DNA of 64,000 nucleotides from an uncultured Thermoleophilia bacterium (GTDB lineage Bacteria; Actinomycetota; Thermoleophilia; Gaiellales; Gaiellaceae): NCBI GenBank assembly GCA_963742135.1, contig CAVUKP010000012.1, positions 4,398 to 68,397 of the forward strand, read 5' to 3'. Shown piece by piece: positions 55,805 to 64,000 of this stretch (position 1 is its first letter; each line of letters starts with the position of its first letter). The notes under the pieces were generated by a model. It saw only the letters and a program-made list of their open reading frames with translations, ran no database searches and was not told where the DNA came from. The position numbers and the translations under genes were made by a program.

Positions 55805-55968
55805 TGTCACCGACCTCGCCGGCGGCGCAAGTCGCGTCGCGAAACGATCCTTTTACGTTTGTCACACGTTCTTGCGCATCGTTTGGAATTCGTAAGCCAC
55901 GGTTTCGAAGCCGTTTTTGGCGGCGAGACGAAACGTAATTCCGAAACGAGCTCGAGGAGGAGTACGAC

Positions 55969-56799
55969 ATGACGAACACACGAGGCAGGCACGTGAGCCT
56001 TGCCACGATCGCCGCGGCAGCGGTGTTGGCCGCCCTGGCTGCAGTCGTCATCGCAGGCAGCGGGACGGCCGCCAGCACCGTCAAGCCGTCGAACACCGAG
56101 TTGCCGCGCCTGACGGGGACACCCGAGGAGGGCAACACGCTAACGGCGACGAACGGCGAGTGGACCGGCACCGCGCCGATCAAGTTCGTGTACCGGTTCC
56201 TCCGCTGCAACAAGGACGGCGCGAACTGCTTCGCGGGCGGGACGACGACGCAGAAGGTCTACAAGCTCGTGTCCCAGGACGTGGGGAACACGATCCGCGT
56301 CCGCGTGATCGCGTCGAACGCAGACGGGTCGACGACCGCTACGTCGGCGCCGACGGCTGTCATCCGCGAGGCGCCGACGGCTCCTCCGCCGAGCACGAAC
56401 GGGTGCCCGTCCGGCTCCGGGGCCGTTCAGGTGTCGCAGGTGTCCTCGCCGGCGCGCCTGTTGCTCGACCAGCAGGACGTCTCGCCGTCCGTGGTCGGCC
56501 GGTCGACGCAGCAGATCCAGGCACGGTTCCACGTCTCCGCCTGCTCCGGCCGCTCGGTGCAGGGCGCGCTCGTCTATCTCACGGCCGTGCCGTTCCAGCA
56601 GTTCTCGATCCCCGCCGAGACGGCCACGGGCTCCGACGGGTGGGCGTCGATGACGATGACACGGCTGTCGGGGTTCCCGGCAGCGGACAACCAGCAGCTC
56701 CTCGTGATCTTCGCGCGCGCCCGCAAGCCGGGCGAGAACCTGCTCGCCGGCATCTCGACGCGCCGGCTCGTGTCGTTCCGCGTCAACCTCAGCCGTTAG
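55969..56799 (+). CDS. secreted hypothetical protein with an Ig-like N-terminal module
   Basis: 276 aa. GAGGAGGAG upstream. It has a signal anchor. The pattern G.PEEGNTLTATNGEWTGTAPIKFVYRFLRC...VSQDVGNTIRVRV is typical of repeated Ig-like modules. Confidence 0.55.
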   Translation: MTNTRGRHVSLATIAAAAVLAALAAVVIAGSGTAASTVKPSNTELPRLTGTPEEGNTLTATNGEWTGTAPIKFVYRFLRCNKDGANCFAGGTTTQKVYKLVSQDVGNTIRVRVIASNADGSTTATSAPTAVIREAPTAPPPSTNGCPSGSGAVQVSQVSSPARLLLDQQDVSPSVVGRSTQQIQARFHVSACSGRSVQGALVYLTAVPFQQFSIPAETATGSDGWASMTMTRLSGFPAADNQQLLVIFARARKPGENLLAGISTRRLVSFRVNLSR

Positions 56800-56875
56800 G
56801 CGAATCACCATCTGCGGGAGGGGGACTCGCGTCCCTCTCCCGCGGCAAGCGTCCCGCCGCGGGTAGCTTCGGGAC

Positions 56876-57802
56876 GTGATCGCGCTCGCGAACGTCGAGG
56901 CTGCCGCGCGCCGGCTGGAGGGGGTCGCGCACCGGACGCCCGTCGTGACGTCGCGAACGCTCGACGCGACGGTCCGCGCCGCGGTCTTCCTGAAGGCGGA
57001 GAACCTCCAGCGGGGCGGCGCGTTCAAGTTCCGCGGCGCCTACAACCGGACCGCGGAGGCGGACGGCGACGTCGCCGCATTCTCGTCGGGGAACCACGCG
57101 CAGGCGGTCGCCCTCGCGGCGTCCCTCCTCGGACGGAAGGCCGTCATCCTGATGCCGGAGGATGCGCCGCCGGCGAAGGTCGAGGCGACGCGCGGATACG
57201 GCGCCGAGGTCGTGACCTACGACCGGTACACGGAGGATCGGGACGTGCTGGGGGCGGCGCTCGCAGCCGATCGCGGGCTGACGCTCGTGCGGCCCTACGA
57301 CGACCCGCTCGTGATGGCCGGTCAGGGAACCGCAGCGCTCGAGCTGCTCGAGGACGCAGGACGGCTCGACGTGATCGTGGTGCCGGTCGGCGGAGGCGGG
57401 CTGGCCGCCGGTACCGCGACCGTCGCGGCAGCGCAAGGCGTACGCGTGATCGGCGTCGAGCCCGAGGCGGGAGACGACACGCGCCGATCGCTCGAGCGCG
57501 GTGAGCGCGTCACGATCGGCGTCCCGCGGACGATCGCCGACGGCCTTCAGGTGACGGCGCCCGGAGAGCTGACGTTCGACGTCAACCGGCGCCTGGTCGA
57601 ACGCGTGGTCACGGTGACCGACGCCGAGCTCGTCGCCGCGATGCGGTTCGCCTTCGACCGGCTGAAGCTCGTGCTGGAGCCGTCGGGCGCCGCGGGCCTC
57701 GCCGCGCTCCTCGCGCGCCGGATCGAGGTGCCGCCGCGCGTGGGCGTGATCCTGTCCGGCGGCAACGTCGGCGTCGAGCGTTTCCGCGAGCTCACGGCCT
57801 GA
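56876..57802 (+). CDS. PLP-dependent threonine/serine dehydratase family enzyme (fold type II)
   Basis: 308 aa. The PLP lysine sits in NLQRGGAFKFRGA. Gly loop VPVGGGGL. Confidence 0.85.
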   Translation: MIALANVEAAARRLEGVAHRTPVVTSRTLDATVRAAVFLKAENLQRGGAFKFRGAYNRTAEADGDVAAFSSGNHAQAVALAASLLGRKAVILMPEDAPPAKVEATRGYGAEVVTYDRYTEDRDVLGAALAADRGLTLVRPYDDPLVMAGQGTAALELLEDAGRLDVIVVPVGGGGLAAGTATVAAAQGVRVIGVEPEAGDDTRRSLERGERVTIGVPRTIADGLQVTAPGELTFDVNRRLVERVVTVTDAELVAAMRFAFDRLKLVLEPSGAAGLAALLARRIEVPPRVGVILSGGNVGVERFRELTA

Positions 57803-58982
57803 GCGGCTCCGCACGGGGGCGGAGCGGCCGGGCGTCGCGACGGGCGACGACGGCGAGCGGCAGCGGCGCGAGCGCGATGAGCGACGCGGCGACGACGCCG
57901 AAGCCGTTCCAGCCGTACGCCGCGAGCGCGGCGCCCCCGGCTGCGCTCCCGATGAAGTAGCCGAACTGGGTCGCGGCGGCGCGCACTCCCGTCAGCGCGA
58001 GGCGGTTCGCGGGCGCGAGCTCCAGGCCGAACAGGTTGCCGAGCAGCATCCGGCCGCCTCCGACGAACGCTGCCGCCGCAAAGAGCGCGGAGGTCACCGC
58101 GAGCGTCGGCCTGACCGTCGCCACAAGCAGGACGCCCCCTGCGAGCGCGAACGAGAGGGGCGTCAGGAGGGCGCGCGGGTCGGCGCCGGCGACGCGCCGG
58201 AACGTGAAGTTGCCGGCCACGAATGCCGCTGCACCTGCTGCAAGGACGAACCCTATGACCGCGGACGAAGCGTTGTCCGCCTCTGCGCAGAGCGCGCCGA
58301 CGTAGACGAGCGTCGCCGTCCAGCCCGCGCTGACGAGGAGCTCCGACGCGGTCCACGCGACGACGCTCGAGTCGGCGAACACGCGCGAGAGCGGCGCCGC
58401 CTCGCCCGTCGGAGGGGTCCTCGCGCCATGCCCGGCGACGGCCGCGGCGGCCGCCAGCGCAGCTACGAGCGGCAGCGCGAGCCAACCGTAGCGCCAGCTC
58501 ACGGAGCCGAGCGCGCCGATCAGCGGCATCCCTACGATCCACGCCGCCGGCTGCCCCGTCAGCGCCCACGAGAGCACCCGCGCGCGCTCGGACGGTTGCA
58601 CCCAATCGGCCGCGGCCGCAGTGGCGGTCGAGGCGAGAAGCGCGACGGCGACTCCGACGGCAGCCTGCGCGAGGGCGAGCGCCTCGAACGACGGCGCCGC
58701 GGCGCTCGCCGCCGAGCCGGCCGCGAGGAGAAGGGCGCCCGTCGTGAGCAGCCGGCGAAGCGAGTACCGCGCGCCGAGCCGCCCGGCAGCGAGCGCCGTG
58801 ACACCGGCCGTCAGCCCGAGCACCATCCGCAACTGCCCGGCTGCCGCGGTCGAGACGTCGAGGTCGCTCGCGACCTGCGGCAGGACCGGGGAGAGCGCGA
58901 TCACCGCGGCCTGCGCGGCGAACAGGCACCCGAAGAGGACGGCCGAGACCGCGAGCGGGCCGCGACCGTCCCTCTCCGTCAC
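57792..58982 (-). CDS. MFS transporter
   Basis: ORF 57792..59489, with the GTG at 58982. 396 aa, 12 hydrophobic segments. Confidence 0.8.
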   Translation of the reverse strand: MTERDGRGPLAVSAVLFGCLFAAQAAVIALSPVLPQVASDLDVSTAAAGQLRMVLGLTAGVTALAAGRLGARYSLRRLLTTGALLLAAGSAASAAAPSFEALALAQAAVGVAVALLASTATAAAADWVQPSERARVLSWALTGQPAAWIVGMPLIGALGSVSWRYGWLALPLVAALAAAAAVAGHGARTPPTGEAAPLSRVFADSSVVAWTASELLVSAGWTATLVYVGALCAEADNASSAVIGFVLAAGAAAFVAGNFTFRRVAGADPRALLTPLSFALAGGVLLVATVRPTLAVTSALFAAAAFVGGGRMLLGNLFGLELAPANRLALTGVRAAATQFGYFIGSAAGGAALAAYGWNGFGVVAASLIALAPLPLAVVARRDARPLRPRAEPLRP

Positions 58983-59167
58983 GGCGCACCGGCGGCGGGC
59001 CGGAGGGAGCCGCGCCGCCCGAGGGCGAGGAGCGGGCGCCGCCTCCGCCGCGCCGCCGCCTGCCGCTCGGCATCGGCATTGCGAGACGAGTACGAATCCG
59101 GCGCAGACGACCAGACGTCGTCGTACGACCAACCGTCGAGCATCACTTTCATCAGGTGGTGATCCAT
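58979..59167 (-). CDS. small upstream ORF (62 aa) translationally coupled to the MFS gene
   Basis: AAGGAGG lies 6 nt upstream of the ATG at 59167. Its stop overlaps the MFS GTG (GTGA). The N-terminal 35 aa (MDHHLMKVMLDGWSYDDVWSSAPDSYSSRNADAER) look protein-like; the rest is Arg/Ala-rich. Confidence 0.45.
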   Translation of the reverse strand: MDHHLMKVMLDGWSYDDVWSSAPDSYSSRNADAERQAAARRRRRPLLALGRRGSLRPAAGAP

Positions 59168-59183
59168 TCGTGTCCTCCTTAGA

Positions 59184-59198
59184 ACGAACGATCGTGCT
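59184..59198. promoter_or_regulatory. operator-like motif ACGAACGATCGTGCT (core palindrome ACGATCGT)
   Basis: It lies 17 nt upstream of the small ORF ATG, and repeats at 59299..59313 with one mismatch. Confidence 0.4.
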
Positions 59199-59298
59199 GG
59201 CTACTGGGACGGTAGGCGCTCGAGGCCGTCGACGCATCGGCCGCCTGGAGGAAGCGCCGTGGTCCCGCCGATGAATCGGCGTCGTCCTTCGGAACGAG

Positions 59299-59313
59299 AC
59301 GAACGGTCGTGCT
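59299..59313. promoter_or_regulatory. operator-like motif ACGAACGGTCGTGCT
   Basis: It lies 12 nt upstream of the TetR ATG at 59325. Its first 11 nt are identical to 10402..10412. Confidence 0.4.
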
Positions 59314-59324
59314 ATAGGTGACCC

Positions 59325-59939
59325 ATGACGTCGGCGACCGAGCCGCGCCGCCGGTCCGACGGCCGCCGGACGAGAGAGGCGATCCTCCGCGCCGCCGCGT
59401 CGCTCGCGACGACCGAAGGCCTCGAAGGGCTCTCGATCGGGATGCTCGCGTCCCACCTCGGGATGAGCAAGAGCGGCCTCTACGCGCACTTCGGGTCAAA
59501 GGAGGAGCTCCAGCTCGCGACGATTGCCACCGCGGACGAGATCTTCAGCGCCGACGTCGTCGCGCCGAGCACCGAGGGGGCGACGCCGCTGGCGCGGCTG
59601 CGGCTGCTCTGCGAGCGGTTCCTGTCGCACGTGGAGCGGCGCGTGTTCCCGGGCGGGTGCTTCTTCGCGTCGGCGGCAGCCGAGCTCGACACCCGGCCGG
59701 GGCCGGTGCGCGACCGGATCGCCCAGTCCCAGGACGCCTGGATGGCCCGACTCGTGCGCCTGGTACGCGAGGCTCAGGAAGGACGCGAGCTCGACCCGTA
59801 CGACGAGCCGGCGCAGGTGGCGTTCGAGATCGCGGCCTACCTGTTGCTGGCCAACAACGCGATGCTCCTCACGAACGACCTCGACGCGGTCAGGCGCGCG
59901 CGCGTGGCGCTCGCGACGCGCCTGCGGCCGCCGCGATAG
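59325..59939 (+). CDS. TetR family transcriptional regulator
   Basis: 204 aa. HTH: LSIGMLASHLGMSKSGLYAHF. Confidence 0.85.
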   Translation: MTSATEPRRRSDGRRTREAILRAAASLATTEGLEGLSIGMLASHLGMSKSGLYAHFGSKEELQLATIATADEIFSADVVAPSTEGATPLARLRLLCERFLSHVERRVFPGGCFFASAAAELDTRPGPVRDRIAQSQDAWMARLVRLVREAQEGRELDPYDEPAQVAFEIAAYLLLANNAMLLTNDLDAVRRARVALATRLRPPR

Positions 59940-59945
59940 CGCTGC

Positions 59946-60707
59946 TCACCGCACGACGCGCGCCGGCGCACCATCGACCGTGAGCTCGGCGTCGTCCGGA
60001 AGCTCGATGCGCACGTAGCCGAGCGCGAGGCCCGGGACGGCGCTCGTGATCCGCCCGACGCTGCGGCCGTCGTGGACGACCTCGGCCTGCGGCTCGGCGT
60101 GAGCGACCTCGAGCACGCGCAGGCGGCGGTTCACGTGCCCGCGGTGGCGCAGACGCGCGATCGGCTCCTGCCCTGGATAGCACCCCTTCTCGAACGACAC
60201 GGCCCGCTCGTCGAGGCCCGCCTCCGCGGGCAGGATGCGGTCGTCGATCTCGCTTCCCCAGCGAGGGGTTCCCGCGGCGACGCGCAGGCGCTCCAGCTCC
60301 TCGTCCCCGACCGTCGGCTCGGAGTCGGCGTCGAGGATCTCCACGGCAGGAACACCGAAGTCGGCGACCGGGATCCCGTCTCCGCCGACCTCGCCGAGGA
60401 CGATCGTCGACGTGTGCGCCTCCGGCTCGATCTCGCACCGCGCCGCGAGGCGCATGCGCGTGAGATGCGCGCGCACCTTGTCGCCGAGCTCAGGCTCGGT
60501 GAGGAGCAGGAAGTCGTCGTCGCCGCGCCGCCACACGAGGAGAGGGGCGATCACGCGCGCCTTCGGCGTCAGCAGGAGCGCCTCGCAGCTCTCGCCCGCG
60601 AGCACGTCGTTCGACACCATTCGCTGCAGAAACGCCCCGGCGTCGGGCCCCTGCACACGCACGTATGCACGCGGGCGGCGCGCGATTCGGGCTGTAACGA
60701 TTCCCAC
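59946..60707 (-). CDS. YgfZ/GcvT-like folate-binding protein
   Basis: ORF 59946..60752. I prefer the GTG at 60707. It has a GcvT-like N-terminus (VRVQGPDAGAFLQRMVSNDV) and the motif KGCYPGQE. Confidence 0.75.
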   Translation of the reverse strand: MGIVTARIARRPRAYVRVQGPDAGAFLQRMVSNDVLAGESCEALLLTPKARVIAPLLVWRRGDDDFLLLTEPELGDKVRAHLTRMRLAARCEIEPEAHTSTIVLGEVGGDGIPVADFGVPAVEILDADSEPTVGDEELERLRVAAGTPRWGSEIDDRILPAEAGLDERAVSFEKGCYPGQEPIARLRHRGHVNRRLRVLEVAHAEPQAEVVHDGRSVGRITSAVPGLALGYVRIELPDDAELTVDGAPARVVR

Positions 60708-60726
60708 GCTCCCTAGACTAGACCGC

Positions 60727-61332
60727 ATGTTCAGGTCGAAAGCGGAACGCAAGGTGCGCGAGCTCGGGTACGACCCCGCACGGCTGCCGCCGGGTCAGTA
60801 CCTGACGGAGAAGTGGCCGGTCCTGCACGCGGGCTCCGTTCCGCACACCGACCTCGCAACCTGGACGTTCCGCGTCTTCGGCGACGTCGAGCAGGAGGTC
60901 GAGCTCGATTGGGAGGCCTTCAACCGCCTTCCGCGATCGTCGAACGTGCAGGACATCCACTGCGTCACGCGCTGGTCGCGGTTCGACGCCGGCTTCGAAG
61001 GCGTCCACTGGCGCGAGCTCGAGGCGCTGGTGCGGCCGAGGCCGACCGCGCGCTTCGCGATCGCGCATGCCGAGGCGGGCTTCACGGCGAACGTCCCGCT
61101 CGAGTACGTCCGCGACGAGAACGCGCTCCTCGCGACGCACGCGGACGGCTCCCCGCTGACACTCGACCACGGCTGGCCGCTCAGGCTCGTCATCCCCGGC
61201 AAGTACTTCTGGAAGAGCGCCAAGTGGCTGCGCGGGATCGAGCTCTCGTCGATCGACCGGCCCGGTTTCTGGGAGCGCTACGGGTACCACAACGACGCCG
61301 ATCCCTGGCACGAGCAGCGGTACGCCTTCTAG
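60727..61332 (+). CDS. sulfite-oxidase-family molybdopterin oxidoreductase (small, MsrP/YedY-fold-like)
   Basis: Tail of ORF 60235..61332, with the ATG at 60727. 201 aa. It has the Mo-ligand Cys context DIHCVTRWS, and also contains GWPLRLVIPGKYFWKSAKWL. Confidence 0.75.
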   Translation: MFRSKAERKVRELGYDPARLPPGQYLTEKWPVLHAGSVPHTDLATWTFRVFGDVEQEVELDWEAFNRLPRSSNVQDIHCVTRWSRFDAGFEGVHWRELEALVRPRPTARFAIAHAEAGFTANVPLEYVRDENALLATHADGSPLTLDHGWPLRLVIPGKYFWKSAKWLRGIELSSIDRPGFWERYGYHNDADPWHEQRYAF

Positions 61333-61471
61333 AGCTCGTTCCACGTCGAAGATGGCTCGAACGAGGGACAGTGGCCGGGCGGCGACGTCCGATAACGGGA
61401 GCACGAAGAACCTCCAACCATCTCTCCCGAGCGATCGCATCCCTCCCCGATACGCGATCCTCATCCCCGGA

Positions 61472-61500
61472 AAGCCGCCTTCCCCGAGGCGGCTTTTCTT
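61472..61500 (+). terminator. intrinsic terminator-like hairpin with T-tract
   Basis: AAGCCGCC-TTCCCCGA-GGCGGCTT followed by TTCTT. Confidence 0.55.
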
Positions 61501-61511
61501 ATGGGCGCACC

Positions 61512-61549
61512 CAGAAAAGCCGCGGGCGCCGGCTTTCGCCGGCGCCCGC
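61512..61549 (-). terminator. groEL intrinsic terminator
   Basis: Read on the minus strand: GCGGGCGCCGGC-GAAA-GCCGGCGCCCGC (12-bp stem), followed by GGCUUUUCUGG. Confidence 0.7.
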
Positions 61550-61620
61550 ACACCCACATCCGCAACCTGTCGGAGCGGGGGCTCACGGGGGAGAACCGGA
61601 GTTGCTCCCCCGTGCGCGAC

Positions 61621-63267
<1,647 letters not shown>

Positions 63268-63271
63268 CTAC

Positions 63272-63577
63272 CTAGACCGCGGCGCGATCGCCGACGACCT
63301 TCGCCAGAACGTCGGACTCGCGCAGGATCAGAACCTCGTCGGTGCCGAGCTTGATCTCGGTCCCGCCGTACTTGCTGAAGATGACCTCGTCGCCTTCCTC
63401 GAGATCCATCTTGATGTACTCGCCGTCCTCGTCCCGGGGGCCGGGGCCGACGGCGAGGACGCGGCCACGCTGCGGCTTCTCCTTCGCCGTATCCGGGAGG
63501 ACGATGCCGCTGACGGTCGTCTCCTCCTCGTCGAGAACCTCGACGATGAGGCGATCGCCCAGAGGCTGCAGATTCAT
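63272..63577 (-). CDS. groES: co-chaperonin GroES
   Basis: ORF 63272..63622. The ATG at 63577 is preceded by GGAGG. The protein begins [12 protein letters not shown]...[13 protein letters not shown]. Confidence 0.95.
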   Translation of the reverse strand: MNLQPLGDRLIVEVLDEEETTVSGIVLPDTAKEKPQRGRVLAVGPGPRDEDGEYIKMDLEEGDEVIFSKYGGTEIKLGTDEVLILRESDVLAKVVGDRAAV

Positions 63578-63616
63578 CCGATAACCTCCAACTTGTGACA
63601 CGTTCGTGACACCTTC

Positions 63617-63642
63617 TGGCACTCAGGGTGTTCGAGTGCCAA
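63617..63642 (-). promoter_or_regulatory. CIRCE (HrcA operator) upstream of groES
   Basis: TGGCACTC-AGGGTGTTC-GAGTGCCA fits the consensus TTAGCACTC-N9-GAGTGCTAA. Confidence 0.85.
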
Positions 63643-63649
63643 CGGGCCC

Positions 63650-63679
63650 AGTGTAGTCACTGAATGCGGGCCGCCGCAA
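63650..63679 (-). promoter_or_regulatory. putative groES promoter (-35 TTGCGG, 18-nt spacer, -10 TACACT)
   Basis: The hexamers were read on the minus strand and lie immediately upstream of CIRCE. Confidence 0.5.
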
Positions 63680-63745
63680 GATCTAAGCGTCCGGCGCTGA
63701 GATCGGACGGGGTCCTGAAGATGGCACGGGGCCTAAGATGACCCC

Positions 63746-64000
63746 GTGCGGCGGGAGTTCTCGGCCGGAGGGGTGCTCGTGCGGCGGCTCGACGGGCGGT
63801 GGGTCCTGGCGGCGATTCGGCCTGCCGGCAAGCCCGAGGGGTTGTGGGCGCTCCCGAAAGGCCGCATCGACCCCGGCGAGAGCGGCGAGACGACGGCGCT
63901 CCGCGAGGTGGAGGAGGAGACGGGGGCGCGTGGGCGGTCGCTCGGGAAGCTCGGCGACGTCCGCTACTGGTTCAACTGGCGGGGCGAGCGGATCTTCAAG
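63746..64000 (+). CDS. NUDIX hydrolase, N-terminal part (runs off the window)
   Basis: My translation from the GTG at 63746 gives VRREFSAGGVLVRRLDGRWVLAAIRPAGKPEGLWALPKGRIDPGESGETTALREVEEETG. The Nudix box GX5EX7REVXEEXG is present. Confidence 0.8.
   Translation, partial: MRREFSAGGVLVRRLDGRWVLAAIRPAGKPEGLWALPKGRIDPGESGETTALREVEEETGARGRSLGKLGDVRYWFNWRGERIFK

Noticed and set aside
55804-56799. Genomic island integrated at the tRNA-Arg 3' end.
   Set aside because: - There is no integrase or recombinase.
- I found no direct repeat of the tRNA 3' end.
- Only one flanking gene of unknown function is present.
- The low-GC stretch is only ~150 nt.

Overview
The window is 64 kb of about 70% GC DNA with actinobacterial-style gene content. 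A Thermoleophilia or Rubrobacteria-like source is only an inference from that content. Coding density is high, and many neighbouring genes have stop/start overlaps of the GTGA or ATGA type.

Gene order along the window:
- A branched-chain 2-oxoacid dehydrogenase operon, interrupted by a formamidase-like gene and a HIRAN-domain gene.
- Two secreted alpha/beta hydrolases.
- A TetR regulator divergent from paaABCD.
- A membrane-anchored collagen-like protein.
- A 3 kb RTX-type calcium-binding repeat gene broken by about 18 frame changes.
- An orphan histidine kinase.
- A SelW/Rdx-like gene with an in-frame TGA (putative selenocysteine). The ORF track misses it.
- A crotonase fused to DUF4389.
- A frameshifted HtrA-like protease.
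- A large purine-catabolism and salvage block. It holds the three xanthine dehydrogenase subunits, adenine deaminase, a guanine-deaminase-like amidohydrolase, HIU hydrolase, OHCU decarboxylase, PuuD-type urate hydroxylase, a nucleoside ABC transporter, a phosphoribosyltransferase and an M20 amidohydrolase.
- ggt, an aldehyde dehydrogenase, and hom-thrC-thrB.
- A thiolase and a DtxR-family regulator.
- A tRNA-Arg that reads as anticodon GCG.
- A TetR/MFS pair.
- groES-groEL with a CIRCE operator.

I found no CRISPR array, transposase, integrase or recognisable defence system.

The items most worth a second look:
- The selenoprotein candidate.
- The one-directional frameshift pattern confined mainly to the RTX gene.
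- A conserved element of about 90 nt present twice in the purine operons.
- An operator-like 11-mer shared by the two TetR-associated divergent promoter regions.

Many long ORFs in the track are Arg/Ala/Pro-rich off-frame artefacts of high GC and were ignored.
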